The notes: a model not told the origin generated them from the letters alone. A stretch of DNA of 64,000 bases from an uncultured delta proteobacterium (GCA_963826785.1 CAWGYD010000003.1:288001-352000); one strand, 5' to 3'. Shown: positions 50,962 to 61,380, numbered from the stretch's first letter. Numbers and translations: made by a program.

Positions 50962-51702
50962 ATGGAAAAGGTGATCATGCGGGAACTGTCCTGCCGGCAC
51001 ATCTCTTTTTCCCGGCCCGGTCCCGGGGGAAAAGAGAGGTGCGTCATAGACGATATCAGCACCGCGTTTTGCGCCGGGCAGGTGCATCTCATCGGCGGGG
51101 ACACCGGGGCGGGCAAGAGCACCCTGGTTCACCTGCTGGCCGGGCTGATCCGGCCGGGAAAAGGCGAGATCGCCGCCGACGGCGAAGCCGTGTCCCGGTG
51201 GGTTTCGGCCCACAAGGACCTGTGGCGAAGGCGGGTGGGCATCATCTTCCAACATGCCCGTCTGCTGCCGGGATTGTCGGCAGTTGAAAATGTGATGGCG
51301 CCGCTGATTCCCCGGGCCATGAAAATATCAGACATCCGCCTTTCTGCGCGCGCGGCCCTTGAATCCATCGGCGCGGGGCACCTGGCGGGAAAAGGCGTGC
51401 ATGAACTTTCCGGCGGTGAGCGCCAGAAGGTGGCCATCGCCCGGGCGCTGTGCCCGCAGCCGGAGCTGATCCTGGCCGACGAACCCACGGCCCACCAGGA
51501 CGATGCCGCCACCGCATGCATCCTGGAGCGCCTCAGGGCCCATGCCGATGCCGGCCGCATCGTGGTCGTCACCGCCCACGACCACCGGGTGATGCGTTCG
51601 CGATTTGCGGACCGGCGGTTTAAGCTGATACAGGGGAAGTTGGGCGGGGAGTTGTCCCCTTTTGGCGGTGATGGCGCAGATGGCGCAAATGGGGCAAATT
51701 GA
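50962..51702 (+). CDS. ABC ATPase (LolD/FtsE-like)
   Basis: GDTGAGKS, LSGGERQ, ILADEPT. Confidence 0.9.
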   Translation: MEKVIMRELSCRHISFSRPGPGGKERCVIDDISTAFCAGQVHLIGGDTGAGKSTLVHLLAGLIRPGKGEIAADGEAVSRWVSAHKDLWRRRVGIIFQHARLLPGLSAVENVMAPLIPRAMKISDIRLSARAALESIGAGHLAGKGVHELSGGERQKVAIARALCPQPELILADEPTAHQDDAATACILERLRAHADAGRIVVVTAHDHRVMRSRFADRRFKLIQGKLGGELSPFGGDGADGANGAN

Positions 51703-51742
51703 GCAAATGGCGCAAATGGCGCAAATGGTCGATTCCGTGAAG

Positions 51743-52275
51743 AACACCCCCCTGCGCCCCCCTCAAGGGGGGAATTTAGAAAGGGCGGCCCCTCAAGCGG
51801 GGAATAATGCGAAGGGGGTTCGATTCTGTGGAGAACACCCCCCTGCGCCCCCCTCAAGGGGGGAATTTAGGAGGGGCGGCCCTTCTCGAGGGGGGAATAG
51901 ACAGGCAAAATTCGCAAATCCCCGCCCGGGGGAGGAGAAATCTCCGGTTTTAAATCCAGGAGGGGCCAAATATTCAAATTCCCCCCTTGAGGGGGGCGAA
52001 GGGGGGTGTCGCAAAGGAGGTTCCCGGGTGGGTGTCGCCGACGAGAAATCCCCAGGTTTTAATCCAGGAGGGACCAAATATTCCAATTCCCCCCTTGAGG
52101 GGGGCGAAGGGGGGTGTCGCACAAGGAGGTGTTGCCCGGGTGGGTGTCGCCCGGGGGGTGAGAAATCTCCGGTTTTAAATCCAGGAGGGGCCAAATATTC
52201 CAATTCCCCCCTTGAGGGGGGCGAAGGGGGGTGTCGCACAAGGAGGTATTGCCCAGGGAGGTGTCGCCCGGGGGG
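51743..52275. repeat. Palindrome cluster with three 108-117 bp tandem units
   Basis: GAGAAATC...TAAATCCAGGAGGG...TTCCCCCCTTGAGGGGGGCGAAGGGGGGTGTCGC starting at 51935, 52043 and 52160. Confidence 0.85.
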
Positions 52276-52284
52276 AGCCCCCCT

Positions 52285-53334
52285 ATGATCTGGCACCCCC
52301 TTTCGCTGACCGTCCTCTCTTTCGACCTGCTGGCCCTGGTGTTTCTGTCCCGGGCGGCAATCGTTTCCGCGCGGGTGCTGGTCTTCTGGGACCCGGCATC
52401 TGCTGAAAATGAACAGCTGCGCCTGGAAAGTGCGGCCGAAACCGCGGCGCTTTCGGGCCGGGCCGCCTTCGTCCTGGCCCTGTTTGCGGCCGCCGCCCTG
52501 GTCATGGCCGTCACCAACGGGTTTCCGGCGCTGGTTCCCGGCGCCATGTGCGGCACCGGGGTGCTCCAGGCCGCCGCCGGGCGTGGGGGAAAAGCCTTTT
52601 TTTTCACCCTGTGCGCCCTGGCATCCCTGTATGCCTGGCGCGTACTGGAGCGGATCAATCACGGCCGGCCCGATTTCCCCCTGGTCAAACCCGCCTCCCG
52701 GATGCTGCTTTTCTGCCTGCCCCTGCTGGTGCTGGCATCGTTTGCCGCATTTGACTTTCTTTCGCACGTAAACACCCATTCGCCCGTGGACTGCTGCAGC
52801 GCGGTGTACGATCAGGTTGCTTCGGTTGCCTCCGGGGGCGCTGCCGTGCGCGCCGGCGGCAGCCAAGTCATCGGCGATGCCGGCCTGGTGCGGCTTTTTT
52901 TCCTGCTGACGTTTTTTATGGCGGCCGCCGGCGGGCACGGTTTTTTCACCCGGGCCGATCCCGGCGGAAGTGCCGCGGCCGCGGCTGTTCTTTGTATATT
53001 GTGGGCGCCTGTGGCGGCCCTGGCCCTGGTCCGGGTCTTTTCCGCCTATATCTATGAAGTCCTGCACCACCACTGCCCCTGGTGTCTGTTTCTCCCGGAG
53101 CACCGCTTTGCCGGGTTTCTGCTGTTCGGCCTGTTGGGCATGGCCGCAGTCCAGGGCCCCCTGGCCCTGATGATCCACCGGGTATGCGCCCGCCGCCCCG
53201 ATCTCCTGCCCGAGAAAACCCGCCGCACCCGCCGCGCCCTTGCCGTCATGGCGGCCTGCGCCCTCCTGTTCGCCGCTTTTGCCGTCTACCCCGCCCTGTC
53301 CTGGCGGATGCGCTTCGGGGTGTGGATGGGATAG
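52285..53334 (+). CDS. Polytopic membrane protein with Cys/His motifs, hypothetical
   Basis: About 8 TM helices; PGAMCGTG, DCCS, YIYEVLHHHCPWC. Confidence 0.75.
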   Translation: MIWHPLSLTVLSFDLLALVFLSRAAIVSARVLVFWDPASAENEQLRLESAAETAALSGRAAFVLALFAAAALVMAVTNGFPALVPGAMCGTGVLQAAAGRGGKAFFFTLCALASLYAWRVLERINHGRPDFPLVKPASRMLLFCLPLLVLASFAAFDFLSHVNTHSPVDCCSAVYDQVASVASGGAAVRAGGSQVIGDAGLVRLFFLLTFFMAAAGGHGFFTRADPGGSAAAAAVLCILWAPVAALALVRVFSAYIYEVLHHHCPWCLFLPEHRFAGFLLFGLLGMAAVQGPLALMIHRVCARRPDLLPEKTRRTRRALAVMAACALLFAAFAVYPALSWRMRFGVWMG

Positions 53335-53428
53335 ATCCGGTGTGCCCGGATTTGCATTCAACCGGTGCGGAGCGTAAGGTTTTTCGAGGTGGGCGGGTTT
53401 TGGGGGAGCAGAGGGGTTCTTCGGGGGA

Positions 53429-53746
53429 ACACCCCCCCTGCCCCCCCTCAAGGGGGGAATTGCACAGTTAGGGGCTCCCTCCAAGGTGGACAAATAACGT
53501 CTGTGGTGGATAAAGAACGTCTATGGTGGATTTATATTTATCGGGATTCACAACGATTTCCACCATCACAATTCCCCCCTTGAGGGGGGCGAAGGGGGGA
53601 ATTGCACAGTTAGGGGTCCCCTCCAAGGTAGGCAAATAACGTCTGTGGGGGATAAAGGAACGTCTATGCAGGATTCACATTTATCGGGATTCATAACGAT
53701 TTCCACCATCACAATTCCCCCCTTGAGGGGGGCGAAGGGGGGTGTC
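53429..53746. repeat. Two ~145-bp tandem units bounded by palindromes
   Basis: GGAATTGCACAGTTAGGG...CAAATAACGTCTGTGG...CCATCACAATTCCCCCC duplicated. Confidence 0.85.
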
Positions 53747-53817
53747 GCACCTGGCAAAAAACACATGGCAATCAATAAATGAAACACATGGCAGTCGATA
53801 ATAATGGATTCGGAATC

Positions 53818-54697
53818 ATGAAAAAAAATCACCCGGCAGTCCTGCTGGCCGTCCTGCTCCTGGTCCTGGCCCTTTCCGTACCCGGCGACGCCCGGGAAGA
53901 CCGGCGGATCATGGTGCTTAATCTGGCCGGGCAGGAAGATGTGCCGCCGGGAAAACCCTTTCTGGCCTATGCCGAAACGCGGGGATGGACAAGCCCCCTG
54001 GGCGACCCGGTCTACTTCTTTATCAGGGATGGAAAACTGCACCTGGTGAGCCGGCCCGGGCCGGTGTACAACAGCCGATACTGGCTGGCCATTTTCAACC
54101 GGGACAAGTTGAAGGACCGGATCGAAAACAAGGTGCTGATGCGCATCACCCCTGCAACATTTCGCATCGACCCGCAAACCTATCCCCTCCTCGGATTTGC
54201 CATGACCCCCGAAAAGCTCCCTTCACCGGCGGCGGACCTGCGGGATTCGGGCAAAAACGACGCCGCCTTTTACCTCATCGTGGCTTTCGATACCCGGCGG
54301 CACGATTTCATGGGCTACGAAATGCCCGAGTCCATCGCCTATGTCTGGGCCAACCGGCGCTGGGAAAAACCCGTGGCCGTTGACCCGGATTATGATGCGT
54401 TCATGCGCTACATCGCCATCGGATGGGGAAGCGGGCAGCTGGGGAAAACAGCAGGGTGTGCTTCGCGACGTCGGCAAGGATTTTCTGAAGGCCTACCCGG
54501 AGCACCAAAGCGTCCCGGATATCATCGGCATCAGCCTCATGATCGACAGCAACACCCTGGGCGGGACCGCCGAGTCCACGCTGTCGCGCGTCTGGTTTGA
54601 AAGGAGGGGGGGCCTCGGGGCGGCCGCAGGCCGCAACACCCCCCTTCGCCCCCCTCAAGGGAACACCCCCCCAACCCCCCCTCAAGGGGGGGAATAA
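53818..54697 (+). CDS. Exported DUF3047-like protein; frameshift near 54445
   Basis: Signal peptide; KNDAAFYL.VAF, SIAYVWAN, then in another frame RDVGKDFLKAY...IIGISLMIDSN. True 3' end uncertain. Confidence 0.65.
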
Positions 54698-55326
54698 ATA
54701 GGGGGGATGCCCGGGTGAGAGCGGGATTCATCATTTGATTGCTTGACTGGATTCCGGCTAACAGATTGGCGGCGGCAGGCCGCGACACCCCCCCTAACCC
54801 CCCTCAAGGGGGGAATAAATAGGGGGTCGCCCGGGCGAGAGCGGGATTCATCATTTGATTGCTTGACTGGATTCCGGCTAACAGATTGCCGGAATGACGG
54901 AGGTTTGCAGGGGGGATGCCATACGTTTGCATTCCCCTCTCGAGAGGAGATATTCGTATTTCCCCCCTCGAGAGAAGATGTCAGCATTCCCCTCTTGAGA
55001 GGAGATTCCTTGCTTTCGTATTCCCCCCTAAGGGAAGATGCCGTGCGTTCGTATCCCCTCTTGAAGGAGATGCCCTTGCATTCGTATTCCCCCCTTGCAG
55101 GGGAGATGCCACCTGTCGTATTCCCCCCTTGCAGGGGAGATGCCACCTGTCGTATTCCCCCCTTGAGGGGGGTCAGGGGGGTGTAGCGCTTGAGGGTATA
55201 GTGAATATGCCCCTTCGAGGAGGGTCAGAAGGATGTTATACATAGCGGAAATTCCCCCCTTGTGGGGATCCAAGGGGGTGTTCCGTATTTCTAAATTCCC
55301 CCCTTGAGGGGGGTCAGGGGGGTGTC
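54635..55326. repeat. Composite repeat array: two ~122-bp units with a CGTC hairpin, then about eight degenerate 27-34 bp palindromic units
   Basis: GGATTCCGGCTAACAGATTG twice; CGTATTCCCCCTTGCAGGGGAGATGCC-like units at 54930-55170. Confidence 0.85.
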
Positions 55327-55507
55327 GTGCCTGTACCCCTTCTGCGGGCCGGGTAGCTGTTTCCGGCCAAGGCCACTTAACCCCGGAGCCAAAGGGTTGC
55401 CGCTGCCCGAATTCTGATCAATTCTGACAGAATTGAATTGATAATAATTTGAAATTGTCTATAATGTTGATCTTTATGCATCAAATACGCCCCAAGGGAG
55501 GGGAACC

Positions 55508-58500
55508 ATGGCCGAAAGGAAAAAAGCGCCGCAGAAGTCCAGAAAAAGGACCGCGCCCGAACACGAGCCCGAACTCGATGGAGAGTTGAAAAAACCCGAA
55601 AACCGCGACGATCGAGCCGCACCGCCGGCCAAAGACCCAAAGAGTCGTTCCGGTGATCCGGAATATCTGCCGCCGGCCGTCAAAACCCCCATCGTGGCCA
55701 TCGGGGCTTCGGCCGGGGGACTCGAAGCCCTGCAGTTATTTTTTTCCAATATGCCGGTGGATTCGGGCATCGGGTTTGTGGTGATCACGCATATCAAACC
55801 CCATCGGGAGAGCCTGCTCCCCGAACTGATCGCCAACGTCACCGACATTTCCGTTACATCCGGCGAGGAATCCACGCGCATCGAGGCCAACCGGATCGTG
55901 GTGGCCAAGGACTCCCTGCTCACCATCTCAAACGGCGTGCTTCACCACGTAAAGCAGGATGACATGCCGGAAGTCTCCTATCATCCCATCGATTATTTTT
56001 TCCGCGCCCTGGCCGATGATCAAAAGGAGTACGCCATCGGCGTAATCCTCTCCGGATCGGGAAACGACGGCACCCTGGGCATAAAAGCCATCAAGGCCGC
56101 CGGCGGCATGGCCATGGTCCAGGACCCGGATACGGCCAAGTACGCCGGCATGCCGGACAGCGCCATCACTACGGGCCTGGTCGATTTTGTTCTCTCGCCC
56201 GAATCGCTTCCCGAAGCCCTGGTGCAATACTGCCGGGGTCCCTTTCTCAAGCTTTCGCACCGGAAAGAAAACCTGCTGCTGCCGGATGAGGCCATCCACG
56301 GCATCCTGGTCCGCCTGCGGAGCCATACGGGGCAGGATTTCACCAGCTATAAAAAAAGTACCATGTCCCGGCGCATCGAGCGGCGGATGAACGTTCACCG
56401 GATCGAAGGGCCCCGGGACTACCTGCGCTTTCTACGGGAAAACCCCCGGGAACTCGATATCCTGCTCCAGGAGCTGCTCATCAGCGTCACCAGTTTTTTC
56501 AGGGACCCGGAGGCGTTTGAGGCCCTGGCGCAAAAAGCCATCCCCAAGCTCCTGGAATCCCGCGAGGACGGCCGGAACCTGCGCGTGTGGATCCCCGGCT
56601 GCGCCTCGGGGGAAGAGACCTATTCCATCGCCATCCTGCTCGACGAACAGATCCGCAGGGCCGAGAAGATCATGCAGGTCCAGATATTTGCCACCGACCT
56701 GGACGAACACGCCATCGAGACGGCCCGCAGCGGGCTGTATCCCGAAGGGATCGCCGCCGACGTCTCCCCCGAGCGCCTGATCCGGTATTTCTCCAAAGAA
56801 GACGGATACTACCGCATTCACAAAAGCATTCGGGACATGGTGGTTTTCGCCATTCAGAACGTCATCTCCGATCCGCCCTTCACCCGGATGGATCTCATCG
56901 TCTGCCGCAATCTGCTCATTTACCTGGACGCCAGCGCCCAGCAGCGGCTCTTCCCCCTTTTCCATTACGCCCTGAAACCCGGCGGGATGCTCTTTCTGGG
57001 TTCATCGGAGACCCCGGGGGAATCGAGCCGCCTGTTTCAGATGATCGACAGCCGGCACAAGATCCTGCGGCGACTGGAAACATCACATTATGTGTATCCG
57101 CAGCTGCCCCCGGTGCACCGGCACGACCGGGATGAACCGCCCGATGCGCCCGAAGCGCGCACCGGCCGCGGGGGGGGCATGCTGCCCCGGAGCATCGAGC
57201 GCCTGCTGCTGGAATGGTTCGTGCCCTGCAGCATCGTGGTGGACGAACACGACACGGTGCTCTATGTCCACGGCCGCTCCGGCCTGTACCTGGAGCCGGA
57301 GCAGGGGCAGCCGAAAAACAGCCTCCCCGGCATGGCCCGGGAAGGACTCAAGACGGCCCTTACCGCCGCGCTGCGCCAGATCCGGCAAAAAAAGAAGGCG
57401 GAAGTGGTGCAGCGCGGCATCCAGGTAAAGACCAACGGAAGCACGACCTCAACGGACATGACCGTCCGGGCCCTCAATGCCCCGGAAAATCTTCGCGGAT
57501 TGCTGCTGGTGACCCTGCAATCGTCCCCTCTTGCCGAAAAGAAGAAGCCGGGAAAGGGTGCGGCACCGGAAAAAGCGACCGAGGAGCCCGGACTCCGGGA
57601 GCAGCTGGAGATGGAACTCCAGTATACCCGGGAAAGCCTCCAGTCCACCATCGAGGAGCTGCAGACCACCAATGAGGAACTCAAGAGCTCCAATGAAGAG
57701 CTTCAGTCCACCAACGAGGAGCTCAACAGCTCAAATGAAGAGCTGGAGACCTCCCGGGAAGAGATGCAATCCCTGAATGAAGAATTAAACACCGTCAATG
57801 CCGAGCTTACTGCCAAGGTGGAAGCCCTGGCCCGCTCCAATGACGACATGAACAACCTGCTCAACTCCATGCAGGTGGCGATCATATTTCTGGACAACCA
57901 GCTGCGGGTCAAGCGCTACACCCAGAAAGCCCGGGACCTGGTCAAGTTCATCGACACGGATATCGGCCGGCCGCTGTCCGATCTGACCTTCAGCATGGAT
58001 TACCCCGACCTGATGAAAGACTGCCGCCGGGTGCTCGATTCGCTCATCCCCGCCGAAAAGGAGGTGCAGGACCAGGACGGCCGGTGGCACCTGGTGCGCA
58101 TGCTCCCCTACCGCACCACCGAAAACGTCATCGACGGCCTGGTGATGACCATCGTGGACATCAACAATATCAAAACCGCCAAGGCCTCCCGCGACTTTTT
58201 CGAAAGCATCGTGGATACGGTGCGCGAACCGCTGCTGGTGCTCGATGGCCAACTGCGGGTGGTAAAAGCCAATGAAGCGTTTTACCACCAGTTTGCCGCC
58301 CACCCGAGACAGACGGAAGGCCTGCCCGTTTATGAACTGGGCAGCGGCCAGTGGAAAATCCCCGAACTGCGGCGGCTTTTGGAAGAGATTATGCCCCGGG
58401 ACAGCGTCATTTCGGATTATGCGGTGGCGCACGATTTTCCAGTCATCGGCCGCCGGACGTTTTTGCTCAACGCCCGCCGGCTCAAACAGCTCGGACAGGA

Positions 58501-58552
58501 ATCCGACCTCATCCTGCTGGGTTTTGAAGACGCAACGGAGAAAAACGCATGA
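55508..58552 (+). CDS. CheB-CheR-coiled coil-PAS fusion protein
   Basis: GASAGG / H / SGSGNDG methylesterase triad; SVTSFFRD, GCASGEE, CRNLLIY; EELQSTNEEL repeats; DIGRPLSDL. Confidence 0.93.
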   Translation: MAERKKAPQKSRKRTAPEHEPELDGELKKPENRDDRAAPPAKDPKSRSGDPEYLPPAVKTPIVAIGASAGGLEALQLFFSNMPVDSGIGFVVITHIKPHRESLLPELIANVTDISVTSGEESTRIEANRIVVAKDSLLTISNGVLHHVKQDDMPEVSYHPIDYFFRALADDQKEYAIGVILSGSGNDGTLGIKAIKAAGGMAMVQDPDTAKYAGMPDSAITTGLVDFVLSPESLPEALVQYCRGPFLKLSHRKENLLLPDEAIHGILVRLRSHTGQDFTSYKKSTMSRRIERRMNVHRIEGPRDYLRFLRENPRELDILLQELLISVTSFFRDPEAFEALAQKAIPKLLESREDGRNLRVWIPGCASGEETYSIAILLDEQIRRAEKIMQVQIFATDLDEHAIETARSGLYPEGIAADVSPERLIRYFSKEDGYYRIHKSIRDMVVFAIQNVISDPPFTRMDLIVCRNLLIYLDASAQQRLFPLFHYALKPGGMLFLGSSETPGESSRLFQMIDSRHKILRRLETSHYVYPQLPPVHRHDRDEPPDAPEARTGRGGGMLPRSIERLLLEWFVPCSIVVDEHDTVLYVHGRSGLYLEPEQGQPKNSLPGMAREGLKTALTAALRQIRQKKKAEVVQRGIQVKTNGSTTSTDMTVRALNAPENLRGLLLVTLQSSPLAEKKKPGKGAAPEKATEEPGLREQLEMELQYTRESLQSTIEELQTTNEELKSSNEELQSTNEELNSSNEELETSREEMQSLNEELNTVNAELTAKVEALARSNDDMNNLLNSMQVAIIFLDNQLRVKRYTQKARDLVKFIDTDIGRPLSDLTFSMDYPDLMKDCRRVLDSLIPAEKEVQDQDGRWHLVRMLPYRTTENVIDGLVMTIVDINNIKTAKASRDFFESIVDTVREPLLVLDGQLRVVKANEAFYHQFAAHPRQTEGLPVYELGSGQWKIPELRRLLEEIMPRDSVISDYAVAHDFPVIGRRTFLLNARRLKQLGQESDLILLGFEDATEKNA

Positions 58553-60729
58553 TCGGCGATCAACACGGCCATTGGGAAGACAATTTCAAGGACCTGCGCA
58601 AAAAAGCCCTGACCCGGCTTCAACGCCGGCGGCCGGACCTGTCCGGCCTGGACACCGGGGACATGAAAGTCCTGGTGCACGAACTGGAAGTGCACCAGGT
58701 GGAACTCGAGGTGCAGAATGAGGAGCTTCGCCGGACCCAGTCCGAACTGATCGACGCCCGGGACGCCTACCTCGACCTCTACGAATTTGCGCCGGCGGGA
58801 TATCTTTCCGTAAACGACGATGGGACCATCCGGCGGCTCAATCTCACCGCGGCCACCCTGATGGGCGAGGAACGCGCGAAGTTGATGGGCCGGCGTGTGG
58901 AAACCCTCATCATCCCCGAGGACCGGGACGCCTGCTATCGCCTTTTGCGGGAAAGTGCCGCCGAAAATGCATCCCGGACAAAAGACCTGCGCCGGGTCTG
59001 CCCGGATGGCCGGGTGATCTGGCTCAATGCAACCGCGGTTCCCGTGCGGGATGTGACCGACGCAAGGGAAGGCTTCCGGGTGACCCTGTTCGACGTCACG
59101 GCCCGCAGGGAAGCCGAGGCGGCCCTGCAGCAGAGCGAGGCCACGTTCCGCAGCCTGATTGCCGAATCCTTCGACGGCATCATCATCATCGACCATGAGG
59201 GCAAGATTGTCGAGTGGAACAAGGGAGAGGTCCAGATCACCGGCATTTCACGGGAGCAGGCCATGGGCGCCTACCTGTGGGATGTCCAGTACCGGCTGGC
59301 CCCCCGCGAAATCCGGACACCCGCTTTCCTGGAAACCGCCCGGAAAAAACTGCTGGCGGCCCTGGAAGAAGGGGCCTACCTGAAGCGGACCATCGAGGAT
59401 GAAATCGAGCGGGAAGACGGCGCCCGGCGCATCGTGCAGTCCAACATTTTCGCCGTGCGCATCGGGGGAAAGCTTCTGGCCTGCGGCATCTGCCGGGATG
59501 TCACCCGGCGCCGGCAGGAGGAAAAAGCGCTGGCGCGCTACCGCGATGAACTGGAAGTCCGGGTGGCCGAACGCACCGCCGAAGCCGAAGCCCGGGCCGA
59601 GGCCATGGGCCGGCTGGCCCTGGAACTGTCCCGGGCCGAAGATGCCGAGCGGCGGCACATCGCCGCCATCCTGCATGACGACCTGCAGCAGTACCTGGCC
59701 TCCATGCGGTTTCGCCTGGGCAGCCTGGTTCCGGAAGACCAGATGAACGAAAAACTCGCGGGGCGGCTTTCTTCATTCGAGCAGATCATCGATGAGGCCA
59801 TCGGCAAATGCCGGACCCTTTCCCATGAACTCAGCCCCCCCGTTCTGGCCCAGAACGGTCTGCTGGCCGCGCTGAACTGGCTGGCGAGAGACATGAAGGA
59901 AAACCACGGAATCGACGTTTCCCTTCACACCGCCCCGGAAGCGGAACCCGAATCTCCCGCGCTGGCCTCCGCCCTGTACCGCTCGGTGCGGGAACTGCTC
60001 TTTAACATCGTCAAACATGCCGGAATACATGAGGCGAAACTCGACATCGAAGAAACCGGCGGACAGATCCGCATCCGCATCCACGATTCCGGCCGGGGAT
60101 TCGATCTGCCCGAACTCCGGAACCGGCAGGCAAATGACGACGGGTTCGGCCTGTTTGCCGTGGAGGAGCGGATCGGGTTTCTGGGGGGAACATTTGAGAT
60201 CACCACCGCCCCGGGGCAGGGCTGCCGCATCGAACTGAGCGTCCCCAGGGAGATCCGGCCGCATCCCGATGATGGGGAAGAACCGCTGAGCGCCGATTTT
60301 CCGGAGGCGCGCGTCGAAAAGCCGTCCGCCGGCCCGGAAATTACGGCAAAGCCGGACAAAATCCGCATCCTGCTGGCAGACGACCATGCCGTGATGCGCC
60401 AGGGCCTGGCCGGAATCCTGGAAAACCAGGCGGATTTCGAGGTGGTGGCCCAGGCCGAAAACGGCCGGCAGGCGGTGCACCTGGCCGAACAGACGTCCCC
60501 CGACGTCATCCTGATGGACATCTCCATGCCCGGTATGGACGGCATCGAGGCCACCGCCGAAATCATCAAAACCCATCCGGAAACCCGGATTATCGGCTTG
60601 AGCATGCATGATGACGATTCCACCAAAGAAAGAATGCGCCAAGCCGGCGCCGCCGCCTTCATCTACAAAGCCGAATCCACCGAAAAACTCGCCCAGGCCG
60701 TCCGCTCCGTCGTTGACGGCGGAAAATAG
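58549..60729 (+). CDS. PAS-PAS / HisKA_3 / HATPase / REC hybrid sensor kinase
   Basis: HELEVHQVELEVQNEELR, LHDDLQQ, ELLFNIVKHA, DSGRGFD, LLADDH...LMDISMP. Confidence 0.92.
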   Translation: MIGDQHGHWEDNFKDLRKKALTRLQRRRPDLSGLDTGDMKVLVHELEVHQVELEVQNEELRRTQSELIDARDAYLDLYEFAPAGYLSVNDDGTIRRLNLTAATLMGEERAKLMGRRVETLIIPEDRDACYRLLRESAAENASRTKDLRRVCPDGRVIWLNATAVPVRDVTDAREGFRVTLFDVTARREAEAALQQSEATFRSLIAESFDGIIIIDHEGKIVEWNKGEVQITGISREQAMGAYLWDVQYRLAPREIRTPAFLETARKKLLAALEEGAYLKRTIEDEIEREDGARRIVQSNIFAVRIGGKLLACGICRDVTRRRQEEKALARYRDELEVRVAERTAEAEARAEAMGRLALELSRAEDAERRHIAAILHDDLQQYLASMRFRLGSLVPEDQMNEKLAGRLSSFEQIIDEAIGKCRTLSHELSPPVLAQNGLLAALNWLARDMKENHGIDVSLHTAPEAEPESPALASALYRSVRELLFNIVKHAGIHEAKLDIEETGGQIRIRIHDSGRGFDLPELRNRQANDDGFGLFAVEERIGFLGGTFEITTAPGQGCRIELSVPREIRPHPDDGEEPLSADFPEARVEKPSAGPEITAKPDKIRILLADDHAVMRQGLAGILENQADFEVVAQAENGRQAVHLAEQTSPDVILMDISMPGMDGIEATAEIIKTHPETRIIGLSMHDDDSTKERMRQAGAAAFIYKAESTEKLAQAVRSVVDGGK

Positions 60730-60982
60730 GTTGGAAAATAAGGGGGTTAGGGGTTAGGGGTTAGGGTAGGGTTAGGGGTTGAGGGTTGAGGGTTAGGGTT
60801 AGGGTTAAGGGTTAGGGGTTAGGGATTGATGGGATTGAGGGAGTGATGGGAATGATGGGATGAGGGTGAGGGATGATGGGGTGAGGGATTGATGGGATGA
60901 GGGAATGATGGGATTGATGGGAATGATGGAATGATGGAATGATGGAATGATGGAATGATGGAATGATGGAATGATGGGAAAT
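60721..60982 (+). repeat. Cytosine-free G-rich tract: TTAGGG(G) repeats grading into GGAATGAT repeats
   Basis: About 12 TTAGGG/TTAGGGG/TTGAGGG units (60742-60824), a mixed zone, then (GGAATGAT)7; no C in 262 nt. Confidence 0.9.
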
Positions 60983-61003
60983 CTTGTTTCTCCCCGGCCC
61001 CCC

Positions 61004-61380
61004 GACACCCCCCTTCGCCCCCCTCAAGGGGGGAATTTTAAGAAGGGGCCGCCCCCCTGATCTTACCAATTCCCCCCTTGAGGGGGGTGGGGGTTTCCGC
61101 TTGAGGGGGGGTGTTCCGCTTGAGGGGGAAGGGCAAAGGGGGGCAGTCCCCCCAAGGGATGGATTAAGGAGGGGGCAGTCCCCCTGAGAGTGGATTAAGG
61201 AAGGGCCGTCCCCCTGATATCCTATTCCCCCCTTTGAGTTTTCACTTTTTTTATTCCCCCCTTGAGGGGGGGCAGGGGGGGTGTTCCCCCTCGAGGCTTC
61301 ACTTTCTTCATTCCCCCCTCGAGAGTTCCCCATTTCTCAATTCCCCCCTTGAGGGGGGCGAAGGGGGGTGTTCCGCTTGA
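61004..61380. repeat. C6-TYRA-G6 palindrome cluster
   Basis: One forward and three reverse units plus degenerate copies. Confidence 0.8.

Noticed and set aside
54930..55170. Possible CRISPR array
   Set aside because: Units are degenerate, intervening segments are short and related to each other, and no cas genes are present.
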